Virus record (IMG/VR): IMGVR_UViG_3300030329_004422
Strand: one strand, 5' to 3'
Length of the DNA: 64,000 nucleotides
Source: an uncultured virus (IMG/VR IMGVR_UViG_3300030329_004422)
Taxonomy: Duplodnaviria; Heunggongvirae; Uroviricota; Caudoviricetes
In this document: positions 19,828 to 28,952 of the stretch, piece by piece
Layout: the number at the start of each line of letters is the position of its first letter
Numbering within the stretch: the first letter of the stretch is position 1
Notes under the pieces: generated by a model
The model's database searches: none
Seen by the model: only the letters and a program-made list of their open reading frames with translations
Told to the model about the DNA's origin: nothing
Program-made: the position numbers and the translations under genes

Positions 19828-21155
19828 TATGCTTCCTTACTTTTTATTGTCAGTATTTCACTTTTTGCCCAGATGTACTTACGTTTTCCGCCGATCATCA
19901 TCCTCTTCTTTTCATATTGCAACTCTCTAAGTATCTCTGCGATTCGCATTTCATCGCGTCGATTCATTCTTCCACGCTCAATCTTCAAGCCTTCTTCCAT
20001 GATCAACGTCATGGTTATGTAGCCCTGCTGAAGCATTAGGTAGTTTGCAATCGGCTCCATCCACGGGTCATCTTGCCGATAGATTTTGCTGGAATCGTGT
20101 CGTGCGGTATCCATGTCTTTATCCAGATACCAAGTCTCACCATTCTTAAATGCAACGATTGCTTCCGCCCAAAGTTGATCTCGATTGTCTTTGATCCACT
20201 GAAGGTTGACCTCATTGACTTTGATGGGCCAATACCGACGAGATCCAGTCATGTCATTGATAAACTGCGATTCGTTGGTTGTACCGGCAAACACAACATG
20301 TCGTTTTACCGTAATGGCGTGACGACCGTATGCTGGCCTGTAGTTGTCTTCTTGAGCACTGAGGAATGCCTTGGTAGCGCTGTTCGCTGAACGACGAACA
20401 GAGTCCAACTCTGCAACCTCATAGATCCATGCGCGTTGAATCTGTGAATATGAGTTTGGTGAACCAATATCCAGCGGAGTATCAGCAAAGAAGTTTTCTG
20501 TAGCCAACGTTCGAAACAAGGTGCTCTTACCGGCACCCTGAGCCCCCGCCAAGATCAATACACAGTCTGCCTTACAGCCTGGACTGTAGGCCCTGGCAAT
20601 AGCTTGAATCATCCACTTCTCAGCCATCGTCTTGTTAAGGTCAGTATCCTGACAGTCGGTAGCCTCAACAATCCATGAATGAAGTCGATTGATGCCATCC
20701 CACTCTGTCGAATCAAGCCACTCAATAAGCGGGTTCCGCTTGTTTTCTTCACCGATAAGCTGAACAGTGGCGCTAATAGCCGCCTCACCAAATTCAAGAC
20801 CATACGCCCTGGAAACCCACAAGCTGATGCGAGTGTCGTCAGTATCGCGGTAGTCCCGGTCATCAATCTTCAGTGTGTTGCTAAACGCATTGAGCCAGAT
20901 CCGGCCCCGCCATCTACGGTCGCGACGAAGAATAATATACAGATTGTTTTTGTTCTTGCGATAGCGTCCGGTTGGTTGGCCTTCTCGGTCTAAGTATTGA
21001 TCCATAAACTCAGTGATTTGACCATCTGAATCATGTTCACTTAGATGTTCTTCGCTTGAGGTCGGTTCATTGACACAGTGTTCGTTTTGAGCACGATCAA
21101 GCAAGTCTGATAACTGAACCTTGTTTTTGATGATCACTTCATCTAAGTCTGCCAT
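19827..21155 (-). CDS. VapE (virulence-associated E)-family SF3-type helicase with C-terminal wHTH
   Basis: PGCKAD..LIL.GAQGAGKST, YRPAYG, FAGTTN, D.TGSRRYWP. Confidence 0.9.
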   Translation of the reverse strand: MADLDEVIIKNKVQLSDLLDRAQNEHCVNEPTSSEEHLSEHDSDGQITEFMDQYLDREGQPTGRYRKNKNNLYIILRRDRRWRGRIWLNAFSNTLKIDDRDYRDTDDTRISLWVSRAYGLEFGEAAISATVQLIGEENKRNPLIEWLDSTEWDGINRLHSWIVEATDCQDTDLNKTMAEKWMIQAIARAYSPGCKADCVLILAGAQGAGKSTLFRTLATENFFADTPLDIGSPNSYSQIQRAWIYEVAELDSVRRSANSATKAFLSAQEDNYRPAYGRHAITVKRHVVFAGTTNESQFINDMTGSRRYWPIKVNEVNLQWIKDNRDQLWAEAIVAFKNGETWYLDKDMDTARHDSSKIYRQDDPWMEPIANYLMLQQGYITMTLIMEEGLKIERGRMNRRDEMRIAEILRELQYEKKRMMIGGKRKYIWAKSEILTIKSKEA

Positions 21156-21156
21156 T

Positions 21157-22206
21157 TTAAACCTCCAGCGGCAGTCGGTACGTCATGTGCTCTGGAAGTT
21201 GATCGCAGATTAAAGCTGCGTATTCATCCCCCTGCTCGTCGGTGTCAGTGCCAATAAATATTTTAGTTTGATTAGGTATTTTGATTTTCGATATTGCCTT
21301 AAAAGAACCAGATGTTCCAGCAACGATAGCCAGTGGTATCGATTCTCTATGTGCTTGCTCACAAGCCCTCATAAAGTCAGTGATGCCCTCACAGATCAAA
21401 AACCCGTGTATGTCTGGAATCACGTTGCCTCTCATCATGTGTATGGCGTTTTCGTTTGCCATCAACAAGCCCGATGCCTCGTATCCAGAAGGCCATCTTG
21501 TCTTGGGTGACTTGTCGTTCTTGGGGGCAATGCTTCGACAGTGAATGCTTGCAAACTTGCCATCCATTTCGAACACTGGAGATACGATTCTGTACTTGGC
21601 GCCCCATTGATGCGGCCACCACTCGGGGTATCGATACTCAGTTGGATTGGGAAGCACACGAACACACTTGGTTTTGTCGAGAATAAGCGGTGAAAACCTT
21701 CTCGACACCAACCACTCATTAAGTGGTTCGCTCCATTTTGGAGCATCGTGGATGGCTTCTTCAAAGGTTTTAGTAGCTTCCCAAAGTGATTTCAATTCGT
21801 CAAATGGCGGGCGGTGTGGAGCAGTGGGTTTTGCCACGTTGAGTACCGGTCGCTTTGATGGGTCTGGTTGAATATGCGATGCAACACCTGAAGGCGTGCA
21901 GTACCCCTTTTCAGCAAACCAGTCTCGAACAACTGAGCATTCTTCTTTGGTCAACTCGCGCACTGGTCGCTGAAAAAAGTGATGAGCCATAAAGTCAACT
22001 ACATCACCCTTGGCTCCACATTGGTAGCACTGCCAACCGCTTTCATCCCTGTTGAATCCAACCGGTCCTCTGCGCCTGTCACTACGGCTTCGTTGAACAA
22101 GACCGCAGGATGGGCAAGGCCGGATAGACTGGCCGCTGAGTACTTCGTAATCGAATGATGTTGCTATTGATGTAAGGCTTGCTCTCTTTGCATATTGTAT
22201 CCACAC
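21157..22206 (-). CDS. DNA primase-like protein (Zn finger plus TOPRIM)
   Basis: CPSC...CYQCGAKGD; ICEGITD; DTDEQG. Confidence 0.8.
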   Translation of the reverse strand: MWIQYAKRASLTSIATSFDYEVLSGQSIRPCPSCGLVQRSRSDRRRGPVGFNRDESGWQCYQCGAKGDVVDFMAHHFFQRPVRELTKEECSVVRDWFAEKGYCTPSGVASHIQPDPSKRPVLNVAKPTAPHRPPFDELKSLWEATKTFEEAIHDAPKWSEPLNEWLVSRRFSPLILDKTKCVRVLPNPTEYRYPEWWPHQWGAKYRIVSPVFEMDGKFASIHCRSIAPKNDKSPKTRWPSGYEASGLLMANENAIHMMRGNVIPDIHGFLICEGITDFMRACEQAHRESIPLAIVAGTSGSFKAISKIKIPNQTKIFIGTDTDEQGDEYAALICDQLPEHMTYRLPLEV

Positions 22207-22210
22207 TGTC

Positions 22211-22279
22211 GGGCTCCTGATTGGGTAATGGCTCCCTATAAGGCCGCACCAGTTTCCTGATGCGGCCAGTCAGGAGCCC
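22211..22279 (-). promoter_or_regulatory. Structured 5' leader sequestering the primase SD
   Basis: 10-bp outer stem 22211-20/22270-79 includes AGGAG; inner 11-bp stem with GAAA loop. Confidence 0.5.
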
Positions 22280-22342
22280 ATATTGAAGGGGATCAATCCT
22301 TCAAAGGCTTTTTTATGTAGCAGGCGTATTCGGCCTGAACAA

Positions 22343-22711
22343 CTATGTTTTCGTTTTTTCGATGATGCCTTCGATTTTATTCTTCCTGGCATCGACGATC
22401 GTGTAGTAAGTTTTGAAGTCAGGGGTCAAAGTAATCACCACTCGAACACCAGTTTTGACGTAAAGGTTATTGATCCAAATACACAAGGTATCCAGGGTCG
22501 GCGGCGATACTCTTCGCTTCAATATGTCACTTAAACGGTTTCTACTGGTTCCGTATATGTTGGCTGTTCGAGAAAGGTTCCCTTTCGCCAAACCATTTAT
22601 AGAGTTTGTCATCTTGTAAATGATTTCGTAGGTGTCTACTTTCTCCCTAAACTTAAAATTACTTTTTTTTGATGACATCCGTTTTGGTTTATTCATCTTC
22701 TGGTGGAACAC
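22343..22711 (-). CDS. Putative HTH DNA-binding protein
   Basis: LSRTANIYGTSRNRLSDIL...PTLDTL. Confidence 0.5.
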   Translation of the reverse strand: MFHQKMNKPKRMSSKKSNFKFREKVDTYEIIYKMTNSINGLAKGNLSRTANIYGTSRNRLSDILKRRVSPPTLDTLCIWINNLYVKTGVRVVITLTPDFKTYYTIVDARKNKIEGIIEKTKT

Positions 22712-22958
22712 CTAACTTGAAGATAGGTATGCGTTTTTCTGGGTATCCAGCCTCAAGCATTGTTTTTTTAAACAGCGCATTTAGTTGATCCATGTACTCA
22801 TCTGTTGTTAGGTGCGTGGAATTTGCAACGAGATCATTAACCTGCCTGTTCCACTTTTCTTTTACTTTGGGCCATTCTTTTTGTCTTTCTATTTTGGTTT
22901 TAATCATTTCTGTCTCCATGTTGTTTGTAAAAGTCCCGTTGCCGCAATACTTACTCAC
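22689..22958 (-). CDS. Hypothetical protein (true start probably near 22907)
   Basis: ORF with GGAG upstream of an internal Met. Confidence 0.4.
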   Translation of the reverse strand: MSKYCGNGTFTNNMETEMIKTKIERQKEWPKVKEKWNRQVNDLVANSTHLTTDEYMDQLNALFKKTMLEAGYPEKRIPIFKLGVPPEDE

Positions 22959-23075
22959 ACGGGACAGGCGAGTGTCGAGGATGCGCCCAATTGCGCAGGA
23001 GAGTCACAGGCCGGTTAGAAGTAAACCTGTGACTGCTCTCCCGTGGTCAGTTGCGACTGCCTTTGCACGCGAGAG
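22928..23075 (-). ncRNA. Candidate small structured RNA or attenuator
   Basis: Four consecutive hairpins; the last is followed by TTTT. Confidence 0.35.
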
Positions 23076-23219
23076 TGTGTAGGGCATATTTCATCCCTTC
23101 AATTGATATACTGGCGAAGTGATTGTCTTTCCTGAAAAAGTTTTTGAAAAAAGTTGAAACTGCTTCACTATAGTTACTGGTGTAGTTGCCACCTGACGTG
23201 ACACAAAAAGTTGAAAAAA

Positions 23220-23256
23220 GGCATCTATTGGACCCCCCACATGCCTTCCTGCTGGG
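23220..23256. repeat. Dispersed 37-bp repeat, copy 2
   Basis: 33/37 identical to 14773-14809; flanked by AAAAAGTTGAAA repeats. Confidence 0.85.
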
Positions 23257-23343
23257 GTTGAAGAGCCCTAAGCTATATGGGCCGGTCTATTTACTATTAC
23301 GGCTGACAAAATTACTTTGTGACAGTGCAGTCGAAAAAAGTTG

Positions 23344-23382
23344 AAAAAGCGGGGGCCACCATCCCGCTGAAAGGTGGCCCCC
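23344..23382 (-). terminator. Intrinsic terminator
   Basis: GGGGGCCACC/GGTGGCCCCC stem followed by GCTTTTT on the minus strand. Confidence 0.75.
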
Positions 23383-23388
23383 TGGTAG

Positions 23389-23883
23389 CTACTTCGCCAC
23401 TGCTCCCACTTCCCCAATGGAATCTGTGTCATCGTCAGCCACCAAAGTGGGAACCCGTACCGGCTCGACTACTACAGCCGAGAAGGTGATGTTCCCGTTC
23501 TTTTGAATCTTCGGAAGCTTGGAAAACAACTCCCGATCAATCAGTGCAAGAGCATCTCCCACGCCTGATTCTTTCAGCAACTCGACCTTTGAGTCTTTGC
23601 CCATGTCGATTGCATCTTTGATTGCATCGGCAAGAAGCCGAGCAGTTTGTGGTCCGGTGAAACCAGACCGTTTCAAAAGCAGGGCCATCGCCACTTTCCA
23701 GGGGATTTGGCTGGTGCCTTTGCTTTCAAAGGCTTTGCCCCGCTTCAGTTTTCCAGCGACCCTGACCACAAGGTCAACGTCAACTTCTTGGCCACTCGCA
23801 AACTCTTCGCGAGCGCCATCGATTTCTTTCTTGCTGAGTGCTTTCGCAATCGCAAGTATCTCTTGATTAGTAAAGTTGCTCAT
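23389..23883 (-). CDS. Hypothetical protein
   Basis: Start at ATG 23883 with GAGAG RBS; followed by a terminator. Confidence 0.6.
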   Translation of the reverse strand: MSNFTNQEILAIAKALSKKEIDGAREEFASGQEVDVDLVVRVAGKLKRGKAFESKGTSQIPWKVAMALLLKRSGFTGPQTARLLADAIKDAIDMGKDSKVELLKESGVGDALALIDRELFSKLPKIQKNGNITFSAVVVEPVRVPTLVADDDTDSIGEVGAVAK

Positions 23884-23905
23884 ACTCTCTCTTTGTTGTT
23901 GTTGC

Positions 23906-24424
23906 TCAAACCATGTCTTTCGCTGGAAACCAGCGCATCTTTCGCTCTCCGTCGTGTGAAACTCGGGCTTTCTCAAGGCCCTGATTTCTAAGTATTCTTG
24001 CGATTTTCATTTCTGTGAGTCTTTGATTGTTTTCGAATCCAATCGGGTCCACCTCCATTGATATTGCTGTGGTTGTGATGCTGAAGTTGTTTGACGAAGG
24101 TTTATTTTTCGACAGCCAATCCTTCACCTTTTGGAGCAACTCATCTGATGAGTCGACACCAAACGCTATTGATGGTTTAATGATCTCTGAGCAGGCCAAA
24201 ATACCGGCCCGCAACTCTTCATTTGTAACAGCCACCCTCCAGTTTTTTGCAAGGTATACAGCGATCTCTGAAGAGTGGTGCTCATTCATTGGCTTACCAT
24301 TGAAGTACAGCACCCCTTTCTGGTTGTACGTGAACGCTTCCTGTAGCCTCGGGTCTCCCTTGATTGCGAGGAACACTTTGTATGCCCCACTTGCTTGATC
24401 TATTGACTTTTTTAAGTTGGACAT
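23906..24424 (-). CDS. VapE paralogue lacking the ATPase core
   Basis: N- and C-terminal halves align by eye to the flanks of 19827-21155; GGAGG RBS. Confidence 0.6.
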   Translation of the reverse strand: MSNLKKSIDQASGAYKVFLAIKGDPRLQEAFTYNQKGVLYFNGKPMNEHHSSEIAVYLAKNWRVAVTNEELRAGILACSEIIKPSIAFGVDSSDELLQKVKDWLSKNKPSSNNFSITTTAISMEVDPIGFENNQRLTEMKIARILRNQGLEKARVSHDGERKMRWFPAKDMV

Positions 24425-24824
24425 TTATTGCCTCCATGTCGGCGCTGTTCTCTGCGCAGTTACGAATATGTTGAATGAGTGTTGGTATATCAAGGGGTAT
24501 GTTCGACCATAGATTGCTTGCTGATTCGAGCCCCTCTTTGGTGTTAGCGTATGACGCGAAACCAATCTTTATGATTCTTGAATGCCTTGGCTTTTGTGAT
24601 CGCTTACTCTGCTTCACGCTAAACGATATGTGGCTCGGCACATCCAAAGACATCAGTTGCTTTATAAGTAAGTCCTTGATGTTTGCGTTAGAAAACGCAC
24701 TACTGAAAACCAACTGACCCTTATCTTCATTTATGACTTTAAACTTCATCCAAAGAACGCGCGCGTATGGACCACTTTTTCTACCAATCACCTCGTCCTT
24801 TCCGCCTAATATCTTTACTATCAT
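24294..24824 (-). CDS. Hypothetical protein
   Basis: ORF; 3' end overlaps the next gene by 131 nt. Confidence 0.4.
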   Translation of the reverse strand: MIVKILGGKDEVIGRKSGPYARVLWMKFKVINEDKGQLVFSSAFSNANIKDLLIKQLMSLDVPSHISFSVKQSKRSQKPRHSRIIKIGFASYANTKEGLESASNLWSNIPLDIPTLIQHIRNCAENSADMEAINVQLKKVNRSSKWGIQSVPRNQGRPEATGSVHVQPERGAVLQW

Positions 24825-24837
24825 TGTTCTCTTACGC

Positions 24838-25260
24838 TCATCTTCTATTGTAGTCACCGATACTTGCTGAGTCAAGGTGTGGCTGGTGTGCTTTTGTTGA
24901 AACAGCAAAGTCTGCCATTGTTTCCGCCAAGAATACTCTGTCACTATCGGTTGTGTCGCCGTTGCGGTGTCGTTGGAAAACATCTTTCCAGGCTTTGTGT
25001 CTTGGTGTTTTCGGTGTTCCACTGTTTCTGGTTGTCCACCTTAAAGCATATTCAAACCCTTCAGAGGTATTGAGGTCTACGCGAAAGTCGCTTGGCCTAC
25101 CGCCCTGAATGCCGTCCTTTGGTGTTCTAAAGTTTATGGTCAAACCACGACCCGTTTGTATAAATATGAAGGGCCCATTGCCCCAACCGCGAACGATTGG
25201 AACAATAGGAACACCTTCTTCCAGATCGATTGAAGGAATGATATTCAACCAATCTGTCAT
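24838..25260 (-). CDS. Hypothetical protein
   Basis: TAATG-coupled to the upstream gene. Confidence 0.6.
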   Translation of the reverse strand: MTDWLNIIPSIDLEEGVPIVPIVRGWGNGPFIFIQTGRGLTINFRTPKDGIQGGRPSDFRVDLNTSEGFEYALRWTTRNSGTPKTPRHKAWKDVFQRHRNGDTTDSDRVFLAETMADFAVSTKAHQPHLDSASIGDYNRR

Positions 25261-25523
25261 TATTCACCACCCTGAAAGCTGCGTGCCAAGTCAGCAAGTG
25301 CTGACCAGTCTTTTTGTGGTCGGCCAGTGCGCGGAAACATCTTCAAAGGCACTCCGTTCTTACGGAAGCGTACTGCCCTGCCTGAACATGTTGAACGACT
25401 CAATCCGGCCTGTGTCGCGACTTCTTCAACACTGGTTGATGTTTGCCAGATCTCAATAAACTTCTCGGCTGAGATACGGTCCTTCTTTGTCTTCTCTTTG
25501 TGTAGTTTGGTTACTTTACCCAT
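25260..25523 (-). CDS. Small HTH-like DNA-binding protein
   Basis: SVEEVATQAGLSRSTCSGRAVRFRKNGV; AGGAG RBS. Confidence 0.6.
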   Translation of the reverse strand: MGKVTKLHKEKTKKDRISAEKFIEIWQTSTSVEEVATQAGLSRSTCSGRAVRFRKNGVPLKMFPRTGRPQKDWSALADLARSFQGGE

Positions 25524-25548
25524 TACATTCTCCTGTTATGGTCTATCT

Positions 25549-25581
25549 ATCTTAATCAGTTTGCATAGTATGTCAAGTGTG
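25549..25581 (-). promoter_or_regulatory. Repeated phage promoter
   Basis: CACACTTGACATAC, 16-bp spacer, TAAGAT. Confidence 0.7.
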
Positions 25582-25603
25582 CTTTTAAGTCCACCTCCAT
25601 AGT

Positions 25604-26230
25604 TTACTTGTGTCCATCGGTTGTGTCTCCATCACAGTACCCGTCTTCGAGTGCTTTCCGAAGTCTAAGTATTTCCTCAATGGTTTCTTCGATCTGTCTT
25701 CTGTATTGTTGCCAACCGTACTTCTCTGCCCTGAGAATACGATGACCGCCTTTTTGATTCACAAGTTTTTGTTCGTTGTGAGTTACGACCACCACCCGAC
25801 TTTTTTTGCTGTCCCAGTCTCTGTGTTGATTTCGTATGTGAACAACACCATTTCTATAGCAATCATCAAGAAGATCGATTTTTTTGTTCACCATTTCTAA
25901 GACCCATCGAGCCATTGCAAGATGACCGTTTATGCTCATCTTGTTGTCAGTGTTGGGAGGATGAAGATCCTTTCTCGAAGCGTCGATCATGGTCAAGTAA
26001 TACCAAGAAAGAGAGTGTGTACACTCTTTTAAGCCTGTTGTACTGTTCTTGTCGCGGTGTCTGTTCTTGAGCCTTCCCCACCTCTTAGTTGTTCTGATTT
26101 TGTTGTTTGTTTCATCACATACCAACTGGATTACTGCTGGCCGCTTGAATACCGTTACGAATCGTTCATCCAGCGTAACAAACTCGGTATCACTGAATGA
26201 TCCCCTCTCGTCCCTCAATCTTTTTTCCAT
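25604..26230 (-). CDS. Hypothetical protein
   Basis: ORF with AAGGA RBS at an internal Met. Confidence 0.55.
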   Translation of the reverse strand: MEKRLRDERGSFSDTEFVTLDERFVTVFKRPAVIQLVCDETNNKIRTTKRWGRLKNRHRDKNSTTGLKECTHSLSWYYLTMIDASRKDLHPPNTDNKMSINGHLAMARWVLEMVNKKIDLLDDCYRNGVVHIRNQHRDWDSKKSRVVVVTHNEQKLVNQKGGHRILRAEKYGWQQYRRQIEETIEEILRLRKALEDGYCDGDTTDGHK

Positions 26231-26624
26231 ATCCTTCTCCGTCGTTAAAAAATATCTCAAGCGCCTGCTCAAACACGGGATCAGCTTCAGGCACGCTGGA
26301 AAATAAAGTCATGCATCGATGAAACTTCTTTGCGTCCACCTCACCAAATATTTCCACGGCTGTACGGTCCTGGTGCTGCACCACTGCTTGTGTGCATTCG
26401 ATTAGGCGTGGCCCCAATACTTCGTGTTGTAGAAAGTCACTGGCCTCGTCAAGATTGCGAAGTGCAAAGTACCTCGATGTTTCACTCTGGTTCGGAGCCC
26501 TAAGCTGTGGGAAGATAAACCAGATCCAGTGAGTGCTTTTCTTTCCTTGGTTTAACTCACCTAAAACAGTTTGAAGTAATGACTCGTCAACATTGTATTC
26601 GAACCTCGAAAAGTCAAACGCCAT
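26190..26624 (-). CDS. DUF1810-family protein
   Basis: EL..GKKSTHWIWFIFPQL...LDEA..FL.H.VLGPRL.EC...DAKKF..CMTLF. Confidence 0.85.
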   Translation of the reverse strand: MAFDFSRFEYNVDESLLQTVLGELNQGKKSTHWIWFIFPQLRAPNQSETSRYFALRNLDEASDFLQHEVLGPRLIECTQAVVQHQDRTAVEIFGEVDAKKFHRCMTLFSSVPEADPVFEQALEIFFNDGEGYGKKIEGREGIIQ

Positions 26625-26907
26625 AGCCTTCCGCCTCCGCGACAGCCGCAGCATCAAAACGCTTCAGACTGCGAATCGAAGTGTGTGGGTCATCTGTTTT
26701 AATGATCGATGGACGTTGCTGAAACTTATGATTGAATGCAATCACAAATAGTCGCGCATCAAAGTCATCTTCCAGAAACACGTCGGTGTCATCCATTCGT
26801 GACCAAGCAGACAACTCTGCTGCGATGCCCAACTCAAAGACTAACTGTAGTGGAACCTGTACCCAACCGCTCGATTCGGTACAGTGATGTGTGAATGTTG
26901 TTTCCAT
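26614..26907 (-). CDS. Hypothetical protein
   Basis: TGATG-coupled; GW..VP..L...LGI...S..S motif. Confidence 0.55.
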   Translation of the reverse strand: METTFTHHCTESSGWVQVPLQLVFELGIAAELSAWSRMDDTDVFLEDDFDARLFVIAFNHKFQQRPSIIKTDDPHTSIRSLKRFDAAAVAEAEGYGV

Positions 26908-27206
26908 CACTTACCTTCTTGGTCAGTGGCGGCTGCGTTTTCTTTCAGCCAAGCAGATATCCAAGCAGACCTGTCTTTCATCTGCTGCTTGTGAATCTCG
27001 CGAGGCTCTTGGAAGTCTCTTTTGATTACTGCAATCACATGTTCGATTGTTTGCTCGCCAATGAATGCCTTTCGCTTGTCGCAGTCGGTTGCTTCCATGC
27101 GGTCGAGTCCGTAGGCAAGAAGACGTTCAATGGCTCCAACGTCAACCAATGTTTTGATTGGGTTTGGGAAGCAGTTTGTAAGTGTGTTGAGTGTATCTGT
27201 ACTCAT
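26907..27206 (-). CDS. Hypothetical protein
   Basis: AGGAG RBS. Confidence 0.55.
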   Translation of the reverse strand: MSTDTLNTLTNCFPNPIKTLVDVGAIERLLAYGLDRMEATDCDKRKAFIGEQTIEHVIAVIKRDFQEPREIHKQQMKDRSAWISAWLKENAAATDQEGK

Positions 27207-27243
27207 TGTTTTCTCCTGTGTATGTCAAGTGTGCCGTATCGAA

Positions 27244-27543
27244 TCAAACGTCAAGGCCAGATTCTGTCCGCAGTTGCTCTCTAAAAAGGTCGAGAAGTGA
27301 ATCCACCTCGAAGTCATCAAGGTCAACCTCCTGCCTTACGTTCTTGTCTGTTCGGTGTGCAGACGTGACCTCTATATGTGGTCCAAGGCCGACCAGTGGC
27401 TCACTTGGGTGAAACCTACCGAATACCTGTATGGTGTGCTCAGCGACAACCTCGCCCGTTTCTTCGTCTTCAATCTCTCTGGTCAACTCGATTGATACAT
27501 TTTGTGAATCAAGCGGTAGTCTCACTGTTCTGAATCGTCTCAT
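27244..27543 (-). CDS. Hypothetical acidic protein
   Basis: CTGGAGG RBS before ATG 27543. Confidence 0.55.
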   Translation of the reverse strand: MRRFRTVRLPLDSQNVSIELTREIEDEETGEVVAEHTIQVFGRFHPSEPLVGLGPHIEVTSAHRTDKNVRQEVDLDDFEVDSLLDLFREQLRTESGLDV

Positions 27544-27673
27544 CTGATTGCCTCCAGGGTGTGTGGTTTGTAAGTCTGTGAGGGGGGAGTAAACCAGGCC
27601 CCTCCCCCTTACCGGCACTATGACTTAGACCATGTGGTCACCTCGCTGTGAGTGTTGTGGAGCGTCCTCGACG

Positions 27674-28231
27674 TCACTCGGTTGATTGTTGTTTAGTGTT
27701 CGTGTGTCTTGGTGGTGGCCAAGTTAGACCGTTTTGGTGTGCGTATGAACGTGCCGCACCTACGGCACCTTGCCGGTAACGATAGCCAAGTAAGGCGGCG
27801 ACAACTCGCCAGTGCGCTCCGGTCTGCCTCATGCGGTACGCACGTTGACCACCGGTTATGACTGGTATCGGCCACGTAAGGTTATGTTTCTCTGCCCACG
27901 CTTTCGCCGCTACTTGTATGCAGCCAGTAGTTTCATTTAAGTCTCGCGCAGTTTCAGATACACCCTTTCCATACTTAGCCATGTAGTTATAGTACACCTC
28001 ACCTCTAACCAAGGTACGGCTACGTTTTGTTGCGTTGTATGGCTGGTTTAGGTCGTGGTAAACGGGCCACTTTTTGCCCCACTCTTTTGCGTATCTCGCA
28101 ACCAACTTCTCTATTGAACGAACATTGCCGCCAAGTTGAGCCGTGATCTCCCGCCAGGTTAGACCCTGACAGCGTAAGGCGTATCCTTGTTTGCCGATGG
28201 TATCTTGTTTTGTTTTTGGTCTTTGTGACAT
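27674..28231 (-). CDS. Protein with three tandem HTH-like repeats
   Basis: Three units of about 45 aa, each starting G..Y and ending A..YA/WA...WP. Confidence 0.6.
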   Translation of the reverse strand: MSQRPKTKQDTIGKQGYALRCQGLTWREITAQLGGNVRSIEKLVARYAKEWGKKWPVYHDLNQPYNATKRSRTLVRGEVYYNYMAKYGKGVSETARDLNETTGCIQVAAKAWAEKHNLTWPIPVITGGQRAYRMRQTGAHWRVVAALLGYRYRQGAVGAARSYAHQNGLTWPPPRHTNTKQQSTE

Positions 28232-28284
28232 GTTACCTCCTGCTGTTTAGTACGGGCTCTGTTTGATAGGTACGACATAGAACC

Positions 28285-28647
28285 TCAATCACCTCCTACG
28301 ATGATCAGTTTGTTGTTGTCGATGCGGACCAGTCCACGGTCCAAGGCATCCTGAAGAAGAACATCGCAGCTTGTACCGTAAGGGTGCTTGCTCCAGTTGG
28401 GCATTTCTCGAATGTCAAACTCGTTGTCCTCACCCTCGGCCTCGTCGAACGTGTACCAGTAGGCCAAGGCATAGTCAGCACGATTGTCCTTGTACACATG
28501 GTATACGGGTATCTGAAGCCCACCACGATTATCGAAGTCTCGACGGTCGTTCTCTGGCGCGGCATCACAGTGTCGCTGTATTTCTTCCTCAGTACACTGA
28601 ATGCGTACCTCGAATGCTTCCTCTGGCTTTACGTATGCGAGCGGCAT
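28285..28647 (-). CDS. Small array protein
   Basis: Starts at a GGAGGTGAGTGATG junction. Confidence 0.6.
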   Translation of the reverse strand: MPLAYVKPEEAFEVRIQCTEEEIQRHCDAAPENDRRDFDNRGGLQIPVYHVYKDNRADYALAYWYTFDEAEGEDNEFDIREMPNWSKHPYGTSCDVLLQDALDRGLVRIDNNKLIIVGGD

Positions 28648-28952
28648 CACTCACCTCCCTTGGCTTTGGTGATTAGTTTGCGAGCCTGCTTCACCCACGG
28701 CCAGTCATCGCATTCTGCTGGTGTGACCCCACGAGAATCACAAGCGTGACCCACGGCGAGATCGAGTGTGGTGATCAGCGTATCCAGCAACCCAACCCGT
28801 TGGTTCAGCATGTTGGCTACGTCCATCGCATCTTCCTTGTGGTAGTAGTACCCAAGGTTCGCATCAGGGTTTTGGTTGTCGATGATGACCCACTTCCTGT
28901 CATCACACTTCAATATGATTGTGTATTGCCTTTCGTTCTCATCGTAGGTCAT
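28647..28952 (-). CDS. Small array protein
   Basis: Junction motif at both ends; ends GGE*. Confidence 0.6.
   Translation of the reverse strand: MTYDENERQYTIILKCDDRKWVIIDNQNPDANLGYYYHKEDAMDVANMLNQRVGLLDTLITTLDLAVGHACDSRGVTPAECDDWPWVKQARKLITKAKGGE

Noticed and set aside
23040..23075. c-di-GMP-I riboswitch resemblance (GCAAA beside a short hairpin)
   Set aside because: Lacks the GAAA tetraloop/receptor and the rest of the consensus
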